Assembly: GCA_951406725.2 (NCBI GenBank) | Contig: OX597820.1 | Coordinates: forward strand, 310,001-374,000 | Length of the DNA stretch: 64,000 nt | Origin: Octopus vulgaris | Lineage: Eukaryota | Reading direction: 5' to 3' | In this document: positions 12,971 to 26,258 of the stretch, piece by piece | Layout of the letters: every line of letters starts with the position of its first letter | Position numbering within the stretch: position 1 is the stretch's first letter | Translations under genes and position numbers: made by a program | The notes under the pieces: model-generated | What the model saw: the letters and a program-made list of their open reading frames with translations, nothing else | Database searches by the model: none | Told to the model about the DNA's origin: nothing

Positions 12971-13973
12971 TGGCCATTATTATTATTATTATTATTATTA
13001 TTGACTGCTTAGGCAAAGGAGTTGGTGCAAACAGTAAAACCAATGTAAATGTAAAGGTTTAACCAGTCATTGCTGCATTCAAGACACTTTTGCACTGATG
13101 CATTTGTTCCTCCTTTAAGTAACTCTGTATCACCACCACCACCACCACCACAGTCAATTCAGTCCGCCCTCTCACCCCACCCATACATGTACAGACACAC
13201 ATTACCAATCCATTACAGAAAAAGATCCTCTTTTTATTCCTAGCAAAAAGAAATCCTAGTTATTGTGAGAATTAGGAGCAGAACAGGTTGTGCCTGTGTG
13301 ACCTTAAAAAAAAATTTCAGTTTTAGGTCACTTAAGGCTTTTCCAAAAAATGATTAGTTAATTTCAGTCATATTAATATTTAGAATGCTTAGGTGCACCA
13401 TGTGACTACACGAGTTTTCTCTGTGGTTGTAGGCACGTTGTGTTGCATTGAGAGGGAAGAAAACTCATATGGCAACATGATGTGCTGACTACCATACTGA
13501 AGATTGTAATAAATATTCTAGTACAAGAGATAAGACATATTTTTTACCACTTTGGTCAGGAGACAAGACAATACTTGTGACCCTTCACAAGTTATTGAAT
13601 ACTGATAGGTGAGAATTAAGAATCCCTCAAACCAGAAACCTGATCCAAATTCTTACAAAAGATTCAACTTTGCTGGAGGTAACCAAAGACCAGGTGGTAA
13701 TTATTGCTCCAGGCCACAGGTTTAATCCACCACCCAATTTTATATCACTGACCTTGGCCTTCTTTGGATATCTTCAGCAGAATTTCATCTGTTGCTAGCA
13801 TTTTGGGGCCAGTTTGCATACTGGAGGTAATATCTTCCACCCAGTAGTTGCAGAAGTCATGGACATAACCTTTTCATTGTCTGATTAAATCATGAATAGA
13901 AAATTAATTTTTGAAGATTTAAATCATAAGAATTTAGAAACTCCCAGAGACATGAAATAATTTGTTTTTAGTG

Positions 13974-14324
13974 GTGGAACTTGAAGTAGATAAAGCTATA
14001 AATAATAATGTGTAAATATTGGGTTTAAAAAATCCTGTTCATAGAAAAAGTTGAAGTCTGCTTTCAAGAGTGAAACCCATGTCTTTTGTAAATATGACCG
14101 TCATTCTACCAGTGTAACCATGGGACTTGCTGGCCAGAACAATGCTTCTAAAATGGACAAAGAAGTTCAGAGGATTGCTTTAGTCCAATGGTAAAACATC
14201 ATGTTTGCAGAAAATGTAGGTTCAAGTCCCACTGGCAACTTTTGACTTTTCCCATCCAAAAGGGTTTTTTAACCTAATATTAACATGCTATATTATTTAT
14301 AGCTCTATCTACTTCAAGTTCCAC
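13974..14324 (+). mobile_element. Old element with a tRNA-like segment (14172-14238) bracketed by ~62-bp inverted repeats
   Basis: GTGGAACTTGAAGTAGATAAAGCTATAAATAAT.. (13974-14036) vs its reverse complement (14262-14324); A box TAGTCCAATGG, B box GGTTCAAGTCCC. Confidence 0.55.
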
Positions 14325-14569
14325 TGTTAAAAACAAAGTCATACTTTTGTTTCTTGTTTTCAATATAAAATTTTTACTTACACCATATATTTTTATCCTT
14401 GGATAAAGTGTAAACATGGGGGTATTCCTGTTCCCTTCCTTTAAAATGTTTTTTTTTTGTCCCCACATCTAAAGAATTTAATAGAAGAGCATTGTAGTCC
14501 AGCAGTTGAATAATAAATGAAATGAGGACTAAGGAGAGCTTCTAACAATGCAGAAAGTTTACTAAGGTC

Positions 14570-15900
14570 GATAGTATCGACCCCTTCCCCCATTAAATTT
14601 CAGGCCTTGTTCCTTTGTGAGAAACAGTTGTTATTAAAAGGTAACAGGCAAGAAAATCAGTAACACATCAGACAAAATGTCTTTGAGTATTTCGTTACTT
14701 CTCTTTAAAATCTGTGTTCAATTCCCTCTAGGGTTTAACTAGCTTTTCATCCTTCTGGGGTTAATACACTGATATACCAGTTAATTGCTGGCATCAATTT
14801 ATTTAACCCCCCCCCCCCCCAGCATCTCCTGAATATGTGGCTTTGTGCCAAAGTTGGGAATCATTACTGTTAAAGACTGGAAAGTGCTGTGCTGTGGTGG
14901 CCACTTCTTGGTAAATTGTGTTTGCAGGTTCAATTCCACCTCTTTCATTAACATTGTTTTTTTTGTTTTTTTTATATATATTTGTTAATGATTTCATAAA
15001 AGATACAAATGAGTGTTTCTGCTTCTGGTTTCAATATTTCATTATAAATAAGACATGGGGGGGGGGGAGCTGGCAGAAACGTTAACACACCAGGTGAAAT
15101 GCTTAGCAGTATTTCGTCTGTCTTTACGTTCTGAGTTTAAATTCTGCTGAGGTTGACTTTGCCTTTCATCCTTTCGGGGTCGTTAAATTAAGTACCAGTT
15201 GTGTACTGGGGTCGATCTAATCGACTGGGCCCCCTCCCTCCAAATTTTGGGCCTTGTGCCTAGAGTAGAAACGAATATTTCTTTATAAATAACAAAATAG
15301 ATTTTACTACCATTTATCGGTTAACCACTGAAGAGCGGAAAAGTTATGAATAAATTAATAGAACATCCATCATCCAATTGGATCTCTATGAACTCATTTG
15401 CATTAATTATCTAATTAAGGTGACAAGCCCAAAATTTCAAGCCTTGTACCTATAGTAGAAAAACATTATTAAGGTGGTGAGCTGGCAGAATTTTTTACGC
15501 ATTGACCAAAATGCTTAGCAACATTTCTTTGCACTCTTTATGTTCCTAGTTGAAACTCTGCCATGGTCAACTTGACCATTTACCATTTCTGAGCCAATAA
15601 AATGAGTGCTAGTCAAATACTGGAGTTGTTGCAACCAGCAACACCACCTACCTCCTCTCCCACCCTGAAATAACTGGCCTTCAGCCAAAATTTTTATTTT
15701 GGCAAAAATTATTAATTCTCTATTTTGTGCTATTTGTTCCAGCTCTTTATGTTGTGAGTTCAAACCCCACTGAGGTCAACTTTTGTCTTTCATCCCTCTG
15801 AGTCAGCAAAATAAAGTAAGACAACTATTAGGCTCAATGGAATCAACTAGCTCCTACCTCCCACAAATTTCAGGCTTTGTGTTTATATTAGAAACCCATT
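14570..15900 (+). mobile_element. Cluster of family-2 SINEs (best copy 15066-15275)
   Basis: Repeated GAGCTGGCAGAA..AAATGCTTAG..GCCTTTCATCCTTTCGGGGTC..GGCCTTGTGCC; the central core resembles the MetaSINE/Sauria-type conserved domain (from memory). Further copies at ~23070-23300, 26600-26800, 36672-37050. Confidence 0.75.
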
Positions 15901-16369
15901 AATGCCCAAATTTATTATTAACCCATTAATGTCCAATTTAAAAAAAAAAAATTCATTATTAAAAAACTAAACTGAAATTTGAGACCCCAGTTGCCAATAT
16001 TCAACAAAATGTAGATGAAATATTTAAATGACTCTTCAATCTTTATAACTAATTAAATATATCTTTGTAAAATACAGTTTTTGGTGAAATATTATAATTA
16101 TTCTTATTGTCCCAAACCAAAGGAACCTGGGGTACATAGGGGTTAATTCTTTAATTTAAAATATGACTATTACATCTACCCAAAAATATTGCTTTAATGT
16201 AAAAAGAAAAAAAGTAAATACTAGTAATATACTGGTGTGTGTGTGTGGGGGGGGTTGATTCAATCAATTCTACCACACCTTTTATTAGAACCTTGTTCCT
16301 AAGCCAAAGAAATTATCATTATTATCTTAATAACTGACAATAATCTCACTACATTATTTATTTATGTAG

Positions 16370-16465
16370 AAAGCATTTGACAATGTTGAAAGCAGATTGC
16401 ATGTGTTGTTAACTCTTGCCATTGTTAACCTCAGCGAATGTTTTTGTGGGCAGCAAGTGCTGTGA
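16370..16465 (+). CDS. Candidate alternative terminal exon of the CCDC91-like gene (KAFDNVESRLHVLLTLAIVNLSECFCGQQVL*)
   Basis: CTGAC branch-like motif at 16334, T-rich tract, TAG acceptor at 16367-16369, phase 0 compatible with exon 6319-6408, followed by ~4.6 kb of 3'UTR-like DNA; no homology support. Confidence 0.25.
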   Translation, partial: KAFDNVESRLHVLLTLAIVNLSECFCGQQVL

Positions 16466-17735
16466 CTGACTTTGTTGTATGTTCAATCATTTGGGAGAGA
16501 TTCCCTATTTATATTTTTCTTTGTTTTATTGATGTCAACCTATTTATTGGAATTTTTTATTAGAAACTGCAACAATCATTTTGAATTGAAAGAATTTAGC
16601 TTCTCCTCACACAAAATGTATGTCAGGCCGATATCTCTGCTTTTATTATTCCATTTGTATCACTGTGCAAGGAAATGAAAACATTTTTTTTTTGTATTTT
16701 CAAAGAAAACCACAAAAAAATAAGTTGCACCCTTATTTTCCCTCATAAAAAAAAGAAATAAAACATTGTGGGGGGAGGAGGAAAAAAGCAAAGCTAAGTT
16801 ATTGTGGAATGGAGCCAATATAGAAATTTCTCTTTTTTTATATATATTATTTATTTATTTTGGTGACCAAAACATGGTAAATTGATATTAATTATTATAT
16901 TGCTGAGATATAAGACAAGATGTTTTGTGGGGGAGGGGCATAGTTTAATTAATGTGTGGTGATGAGTATTATCATCATCATTTTTCTTTTCTTTCTGTTA
17001 ATGCATTAATTTTTCCATGTTTGATATGGTTGAAATGATTTTAATGGCACAATTTGTTTTTACACCTGGATACTCTTCATACTGCTGACGACTCATCTAA
17101 GACGTGCTGATACCTTGTAGCCAAGTGTAATTCTACATTCTACCTGGGTGTCACTACACAGTTGCTGTAGTAAGGTTTAAACTTGTGACCTTCTACTAAG
17201 AAGTCCAGCACAAGAATCTCATATTTCTTGTGCTTTTTTTCCTTTTAATTATGAACATAATGTAAAGTAAATAATTATCAGGTATACAGGTGTATGTAAT
17301 ATTGGATTTGCAGGTGCATGTAATATAATGCTAGGCAATGAGATTGGGAAACGGTGTACAATTTCTTGCCCAAATACTTTTTTTTACTGTAGCATATACA
17401 ATACATTTACTTTTTTTTTTTTTCATTATATATAAAAAGCAAAAGTAACCTCATTAAATATGCTGGCAAATATAGCATCAGTTACTTGTGTATACTTTAG
17501 AATTCTGGTTTCATTCTCACATTTGTTGTTGATTGTTAGGTTTTTCACTATTGCCACAATCTGCACAAGATGTCACTTCCGTGTTTTGTCTTGTCAGTTT
17601 TCCTCTTGCCAAAGATTTACTGTCCATGATATTTCACATATCTCATCTGGATTAAATGTTTTATTTAATTTAACCCCCTTCAACAAATCTACTCTTTTTA
17701 AAAAAAAAACATAATTATAAAATCAATGTCAAATC

Positions 17736-18007
17736 CAAGCCTGCACAGCTTAGAAAATGGCGGTGGTCACATGACTACAGGCTGCAGTTAACTTTTTCAA
17801 GTAAAGTAAATAAGATTTTGAAATATTTCTATTTTTAATTATGAATCGTAAATAAAGGATAAAGAAATGATTTGGGGGTTTTCATTCTGCTCCCATACAT
17901 ATAGAAAGTTTTATTCCTTTCCCTGTCATTTTAACAGACTCTCTCTTAATTTTATCCTAAACGAACATTTTAAAATTTGTCACGGGTGACATGTTGTGCA
18001 GGCTTGG
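17736..18007. mobile_element. Old hAT-like MITE
   Basis: TIRs CAAGCCTGCACAGC / GTTGTGCAGGCTTG. Confidence 0.5.
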
Positions 18008-18452
18008 TTCAAACTATTTAAGCAGGTATTTTATATTGAAATGGAAAAAAAAAAAGAATTGAAAAAATTTGGAAATGGAAAAAAAAAGTTTAAAAAATCT
18101 AAAGTGAAGATTTATTGTAAAGTTTAAACAAAAAATATTTGATATATATTGCGTATGTTTGATGAATTAGCAAATTATGCTGACACCCATATTTAAAAAA
18201 AAAAAGACAAACAAGCTATTACTGTCTGATCTCAGATGCTGTAGCAAGTGTTATGTGATGGTAAATATTCAGAGTCTGGTGTTTGATCTTGTATAGTAGC
18301 TGTCAGATGATAAAAAGCACTGTTTAGATACTCTGTAGTCTTACACGTGATGGAACAATGTTTAGTTCTGTGGTGATCCACAGCAAGGCCCACCTGACGT
18401 TACACTGTTTGTTATATTATGTGTTATTTAATGTTCCGTAGCAGGTCTTATT

Positions 18453-18485
<33 letters not shown>

Positions 18486-18707
18486 TTCTGTTTAACTGTA
18501 AGGGGTTTTTGTTATTACTTGGGACAAAATAATTTAATATCCCTGGTCCAAGTAGAAGATATGTGATGTATCTGGTACCATTGATCTATCTAATACACAT
18601 ATAGAATAACTGCTGTTAGTGATTTTTATAGCAGGGAAAGTGTAGACAATATGAAACCTGCTGAGGATTTAATAAATTTGCATAATATCTAAAACCTCTT
18701 TAGGAAA

Positions 18708-18940
18708 TATTGGGTTGTCAGACAAATTTGATTGTTGTTTTTTTGTACAAGTCGTATATCTGAAAAGAGGTAAAATTTATTCAGATTTCAAAAATGATAA
18801 ACAAAAATTGTAGAGGAAGAATAGGGCTGAAAAGAAAAAAACTAAAGCACTACGATAAAGATAATTCAAATAACATTGGAAAGGATTTTTTAAAAACTGG
18901 TCAGGTAATGGGGACAACAAATTTATCTGTTAATCTAATA
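18708..18940. mobile_element. Old Tc1/mariner-like MITE
   Basis: Degenerate TIRs TATTGGGTTGTCAGACAAATTTG / CAAATTTATCTGTTAATCTAATA with TA ends. Confidence 0.45.
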
Positions 18941-21738
18941 TTTAGTGCCACTGACTTTTTTAGAAAAAAACACTTGACATATTTGGTACCAGTAACATTT
19001 ACAGGAAATATGTCCATTACCTAGTGTTACTATATTCGAAACAGATAAAATATCTGACATCACTAAGCTGTGGAGTAAATATGTGAAATTTCTGTGACCA
19101 GTGGCCTCGAGTGACTGTGTTTAGTATTTAATGCCATTAATGTTTGTAGTAAATTATTTGTGATATATTTAACATCACATTGCTGGTTTGCTTGTTGAAA
19201 ATTAGAATTACAATAAAAAAAAAAGATAAAGAAGTGCTTATTTGTGTGTTCTGCGAGATGAAGCTGAAGCTAATGTTTTATGCAGAATCCTTCATCATAG
19301 ACGAAAGGACTCTACTTTCGCCATATTGTTGTTGTTTGAATTTTAGTAAAACGTTTTGTTATAGCACTATCATTGTAGCATCCTCAAACAAAACAGGCAC
19401 TAATGAACTATAATCACTAAGTAGTCTTCTAAATGTAGTTCCAACATTTGGTAGCTAGACGCTACCTGTTTTTTAACCTTCCATAGTCCAGTTTGATAGA
19501 CAGCACTTAAACTTTAGTTATAGTTGCAGCCCTGTGGTGGTAATGGTGGTGGTGACAAGGTAGTCTGTATAACTTACAATTTTATGGCTAGTCCTCTGAT
19601 TAAAATCTATGGTTGTTTTATTTCCCTGGCATGTGTGATAAAAACAAATAAAGAAGACAAAAGACAAAATAATACGTAGCCAGTGTGTGATAATTCTAAA
19701 TTCACTGGTTCTATTTCATAAAGTTGATTGCCGGACTGACAACTCACTGCTAACATGTCCCGTTTTTAATTTCATCATCAATGTTCACTCAGTTCTCTGC
19801 AATCTTTTTCATTACTCACTATTTCCCAACATCAGTCTTTTTTTTTTTTTACTTTAAAAAAACAAACCACTAGTCAAATAAAAACTGACTATCATTTCTG
19901 TAAATGCATCTAAATTATACATTAAATATACATTGTAAAATGCTTGTCAAGAAATACTTTTTAAAGATATTAAAAAAACATGTCACTGATTTTTATTAAT
20001 GAAAAGATTTTCTTTATAGTTTTTAAACAAGCAGAGCTTTTGGGGCATTGAAAGAATATTTCGTTTTATGGATTTTTTACATCAATTTAATTTTTTTTTA
20101 TCTAGACACAATGTAGTGTAGTATATGTATGTGTTACAGAAATTATAAGTATCTGTGAGGCTGATCAATTGTTTAAGAAATTTTTTTTCCAAAAGCTTGA
20201 TAGCCACTTGTTAATTATTTAATGGTTGATTAACTGCTGTTTTAATTAACATCCTCTCTTTTACAGTAACCTTATTTCAATTTGTTGTTTTAGTCGAGAA
20301 TCTATGTTATTGGATCCTAACTGTATTGTTGTATATTCATTGGTTGTTTCTATCATATGGTTGTGTTTTTTTTGGGTCTCATGTCTGACTATAACAGTTG
20401 GAGAACTATTGTATAACCTTAATACATGTATCCCATATCCCTCTACTTTTTTTGTCTTTATTTGTATTAGGATGGCTTTTGTTATTTTGTAGAAGTGTAT
20501 GACAATATTCTAAAGGATCTGCCTATCAAATTCCCATTATTTGCATTCATAAAATCTACATATTCTGCTCTTTTCACATTGCATCAACCCATATATTGAC
20601 AGCAGTCTGCTTATATTCACACAAGTTTTTATTAATGTGCAAATCATTGTGATGTTTACAACTGTCATGTGGGCATAGAACTTTCTGTACAAATATATAT
20701 TGGTTTATTGTTCTAAAATTTTGTTGATAGTGTTCTTAATGTTATTGTGTTTTTTAGCGTTTTTTTTGCTAAAGGGGGAGGCAGTTACACATCTTTTGTT
20801 TGTAAACTAACTAATATTATAGTAACTTTTACACTTTTCACAAACACATGCACTCACACACACACACACACAAAGCAATATTTAACTCTCTTACAAACAC
20901 TTTTAATATATACACACTCTGATGTCTGAAATTGTTTTGAAACCTGTGCATGTATATATTTTTTGACTTTTGGTTTTATTATTCCAGCCAAGATTTCCTC
21001 TTGCCACAAACTGACTGTCAGAAACATTCCATATATTTCAATTCAAGATAATTAAAGAATATGTTTGCTTATTTGTTTTTTTTTATTCAGAACCCCAACC
21101 GCCAAACTTAGCCTCATCTTTTTTTTCTTCTTCTTGGTCTCCCCCATGTCAAACCAGCTGAATGAGGACTCACTTTTTCATTCATTCATTTTCTCATTCA
21201 CTCTATATCCACCAGAAACACTTGGTTTTAAAAAATGAATGATTTAAATCAAAAGTTATTAAATTCAGTGTCTGAATAATGGTGGGAAGGTTTTTGTGAT
21301 CAGATCTTGTATGTGACATCCAGAGCAAAATCAAATCAAAAGCTTAACATATATGCATCAAGAGGCCCCAAAACTATTTTAGATTCAACGTATAGATATA
21401 AAACTGTTAACTAATTTGCCCAATTACAAAAAGAAATAATTAACAGCACATAATTTTTAACCTAACATCAAAATGAGACATCGCTTCCTATACTACATCC
21501 GTTACATGTGTTGTGTATTGAAAACAACACTGTTCTATTTTTATATTTCTTTTTATCAAAGTGTTTTCATATTTTCATTGACGATGAATTTACAAACTTT
21601 ATTGTTCCAAACAAACTGTAAGGGACTCGTACACAAATATGAAAAACTGTGACAAAAAAAGATGAAACTAGAATACTATGTGTTTTCAATGTATCTGTAA
21701 AAAAAAATTTGGCCCTGCATATATATATATACAAATAT

Positions 21739-21771
<33 letters not shown>

Positions 21772-21796
21772 CAAATATACACATATATACAAATAT

Positions 21797-21845
<49 letters not shown>

Positions 21846-21883
21846 AATATACACACACACACACATTATATATATATATATAT

Positions 21884-22180
21884 ACAATTAATTAAGGGTA
21901 GAAATTGATATTTATCAATTAAGACCAGTGGTCTAGCATATTAAAAAAGAATCCGAAGATTAAAATATTTATATATACCAATTAAGGACTGAACACGAAA
22001 AGTGGACAGTCAACATGCTAGATATAGATCAAATATTCACCACAAAAGATTATGTTCTCAGATCAAACTCTGTTGAGTTTGATCTGAGAACATAATCTTT
22101 TGTGGTGAATGGCGATTTGACGTCTATATCTAGCATGTTGACTGTCCACTTTTCGTGTTCAGTCCTTAATTGGTATATAT
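21884..22180 (-). mobile_element. Foldback remnant (~100-bp arms, TGTT loop) of a Penelope-derived family, embedded in (TA)n
   Basis: 21971-22070 is the near-perfect reverse complement of 22075-22180; the unpaired tail on - (TCTTCGGATT..TATGCTAGACCACTGGT) matches 4622-4666. Confidence 0.7.
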
Positions 22181-22192
22181 ATATACAAATAT

Positions 22193-22272
<80 letters not shown>

Positions 22273-23020
22273 ATATAATTATATTTGTATATATGTGTAT
22301 GTATTTTTTTTATATGTTGATATTCCGTTCTTCATTACTACGGATATAGGTAAAGTTAGACAGCGAATGTAAAATCAGATTAATCTTTCAGTTTTCACAC
22401 ATAAAACTATAAATTTTTCTTCTTCAGTTAAATGTAGAATCCTCCAAAAGCAATTACTCTCTCTCTTTCTTTCTATCTCCCCTATTTCACTTTCTCCCTT
22501 CTATCTATCTATCTATCTTTACCTGTCTATCTTGCTATCTATATGTCTCTCTCTCTCTCTCTCTATTTATCTATCTGTCTCATACACATATTAACACACT
22601 CCCACCCATTCTTCTTTCATTCATTGGTGATAAACATTTTGTCATTTCTCTCTTGTCTGCAAAACCATGGATTTCCAAGCTTCTCTCAGAATGGATTCAT
22701 TTAACAAAGACTCGAAAGTAAAACTGCTTCTACTGTCTCCTTTCCTCATTGATTAATTAAATATTTTGTATCATCTCTTTTGAAGAATTGTGAGTTGAAA
22801 ACCTTGTACAGTATCAGTGAAACAAACTCTATGTAACTGGGCTGGCTAGGACTATCAATGCCACCATTTAACATAAAATATTAGAAAAAAAATTATGTGA
22901 TATGATGCAGATAAAAAACAACAATAATTACATTAGCTTTTTTTCATGTTTCTGATGTTTGTTTTCTTCATGTTTTTTCTCAATGCTTGGAAAAAAAAAG
23001 GAACATCTTTAATTTGTTTC

Positions 23021-23056
<36 letters not shown>

Positions 23057-24538
23057 GGATGGGGTGGGTAAGGTGGTCAGCTGGCAAAATCATGTTGGAC
23101 AAAATTGCTTCACAGCATTTCACCTGTCTTTACATTCTGGGTTCAGATTCTGTGGAGGTTCACTTTGCATTTCATTCTTTCGGGGTTGATAGAAAAAAAA
23201 AAAATAAAATAATAATAAAGTACCAGTTGAACACTAGAGTTGATGTAATCGACTTACCTCCTCCCTCCCCTCTGACTTGTACCAAAATTTGAAACCATTG
23301 TTATGGGTGGGGCTTCAAACAAAATCATCTTCAATCAAAATAATGTCCCTTTTACCTTTCTGGCATCGATTCAATGTTAAAAGGAACAGACAAGCCACAG
23401 GTCTATGCCAAGCTCCAATGTCTGCTTTGACATGGTTTCTATAATTTCATGCCTTTCCTAATGCCAACCACTTTACAGAGGGTACTGGGTACTTTCTTAT
23501 TTTCTTTTTGGAGGCACCAGCATCAGTGAGGTCATTGAGTACTCACAAGACAAGATCTTTCCTCAACCGAAAGGGGTAAATTATGATAGATAGGAACAGG
23601 TGTGTTGTTGAAGAGGGGGATACATGGCTTCCTAAAATGCTTAGTGTTATTTCATCGTTCCATCCATTTACTTTCCAAAGTTCAAATTTTATTGACACCA
23701 ACTTTCTTTCATTCTTCAAAATTCAATAGCATAAAGTATCAGTGAAGTACTGACTTCACTTCAATAGGCTTTACCACACACAATTTATAATCTTGTACCA
23801 AAGTTTAAAAAAAGTATCATTATGATTAAAATAGTCATCTGTGCATCATACTTAATGCAAATACATCTCAGCAAACAAAGTTTACTATGGTATTCATTGA
23901 GAGCTAATATCACTTATGGGCATACAGTGTTAAATGACAAAAATTTAATGGTAGCAGAAGAAAATTGTCCAGTAGTAGTGGAAGTGAGGATGTTAGCTGG
24001 GCATTTCTGCCTTTTTGGGCTTCGGCAGCAGCATGTACTCAGTAGTAGCCACTTGGCAAAACAAAATCCATCATCACTGATATAGGAAAATAGTAACTGA
24101 AAAATCACTGATGTTGCAATAAGCTGGCTGGTTGAATAAAATTGATATATGCAACAGAAGCATTCCCACTCTGCTGTTGGATGATTTTTGTCTACTACAG
24201 ATATATATTTCTGTGTTTTTTAACATAAGAGATACTATCTCCAAATGAATGCTGCAGTTAATTTGGCTTTCTATACTGTATCTGCATTAAGTATGATGCA
24301 CAGGTTGCTATTTTATGCAAATACTGCTTCTGTTGCACAAACCAAATAATGATGGTTGTGTAAAGAGCTGTCAGGTAATTGATAAATTTCTAGCTAGCCA
24401 TGCATGTACTTACATTTACCAGTCAAAATAAATTCATGTCCTTTATGCTGTTAATGCCCTTTGGGACAACATGAAAACCCCCATTACTTTGCTGTTTCCC
24501 CTACAGAATTGTGGTTTGTGTCACTTATACTACTGGTG

Positions 24539-24932
24539 CATTATTTACATTATTTACATTTGACGGATAATTGTCCTCATCTTGTTTGTTAACACAACAT
24601 TTCATCTGATATACCCTCCAGCCTTCATCAGGTGTCTTGGAGAAATTTCGAACCTGGGTTCTCATTCCCATGGGCATATGGCATAGTGGTTAAGAGTGTG
24701 GGCTTCTAACCCCAAGATTCTGAGTTCGATTCCAGGCAGTGACCTGAATAATAATAATAATAACAACATCAAAAAATACCTTAGCAATGAGAACCCAGGT
24801 TCAAAATTTCTCCAAGACACCTGATGAAGGCTGGAGGGTATATCAGCTGAAATGTTGTGTTAACAACAAACAAAATGAGGACAAATATCTGTCAAATGTA
24901 CATAATTCCTCATCTCTTAAATATAGAACTAG
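24539..24932 (+). mobile_element. tRNA-headed, HHR-tailed SINE-like element with an upstream inverted copy (copy 2), flanked by a 10-bp TSD
   Basis: ACTACTGGTG at 24529-24538 and 24933-24942; inverted arm 24539-24668; tRNA-like head from 24672; HHR motif 24816-24861. Confidence 0.85.
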
Positions 24933-25099
24933 ACTACTGGTGTTATTGATAAAATTATAGACATCATAAATTACCCCATTTCTCTCTCGTTTGAAGTCCT
25001 CTTCATACATAAGAGCTCTATTCTAGTGTAGTGTGCCAGAGAGCAAAAGTCAGTTATTTATAAACAAAAGACTAGCACTCCATTGGTCACTCAATGAGA

Positions 25100-25385
25100 G
25101 TTTCAGTTGGTCTGGTCAATGGAACAACCTGCTTGTGAAATTAACATGTAGGTAGCTGTGCACTGAAACATGTGGTACCCTTCATGTAGTTCTGAGGAAG
25201 ATTCAGCTTGACACAACATGATAGGGCCAGGCCCCTTGTGAATTACAGGTACCACTCATTTTTGCCTGCTGAGTGAACTGGAGCGATGGGAAATAAAGTG
25301 TCTTGCTCAAGGACACAACATGTCACTAGGAATTGAACTCACAACCTAACAATCATAATCTGAATATCCTAACCACTGAGCCATG
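25100..25385 (-). mobile_element. tRNA-derived SINE (family 3)
   Basis: Reverse complement of the copy at 35170-35470 (CTTGAGCAAGACACTTTATT..CTCCAGTCCACTCAGC). Confidence 0.7.
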
Positions 25386-25420
25386 TTGTACTTCACTTTA
25401 CACAACTATTTAAAAACTGT

Positions 25421-25645
25421 TTTAGCCCTTCAGCATTCAGCTCATTCTGTCAACTCTAAAACTTACTTCACATCGTTCTGAATGAATCATGCATTGCTTT
25501 GTAGCTCTGAGATTTCAGTGATGTGATTGTTTATTTTTAGAACGACATTGTAGAGTAGGTGTGAAAGGCCAGATCTTGCTGGAATTAACATAAACCAGTG
25601 GAACATTCGGGTCTGATGTGGCCAGTTTAAATGCTAAAGAGTTAA
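25421..25645. mobile_element. piggyBac-like MITE
   Basis: Ends TTAGCCCTTCAGCATT / AATGCTAAAGAGTTAA; second copy at ~34258-34485. Confidence 0.65.
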
Positions 25646-26258
25646 ATGGATATCATTTGGTGTCAGGCCTTCAGTTGTTATTGAGGTGGCCCTGTTACTG
25701 ACCTGTGGCTAAATTCTGTTCAATCCTGGAAAATGGATAACTTTATTGTTCACTTCAATGTCAGTTGGAGACATAACAATTGAGACATCACTTCCAGAAA
25801 TAACACCACTGACTGACTCTGCCCAGGTTTACAGAATATCAATTATAGGTACAAGCCTTATCAGTGGTCCTCAACTGACATGTCTGTGTGGTTAAGAAGT
25901 TCACCTTGTGTCTTGTAGGAATATAACCAGTTTATGGCACATAAATCTTAACAAAATCTTATATGGACCCTGGGTAGGGAACTATTGAACTGAACTCTTC
26001 AATGTAAGTGCCCCAGTATGGCAACAGTCCAGTGACTGAAACAAGTAAAAAAAAACAAAACAATCAAAGCTTTATCTCTGGTTAAATAATCTCTGTTGAA
26101 CATTCAGTTAAAATTTCTATCAAGTTCCTAGCTTAAGAACCTTTATTTTCTCCCCACCCCTTCTGAAATGTTCTTAAACTTCATTTATATTCTTTTAATT
26201 AAATATTGATTACATTTCCAGTTTGTATGTTTTCTTCTTAAATGTTCCTCTTTTCCTG

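Noticed and set aside
15328-18670. Other CTGANGA heptamers (15328, 17085, 18661)
   Set aside because: No matching stem II/GAAA/UH/stem I arrangement; chance occurrences
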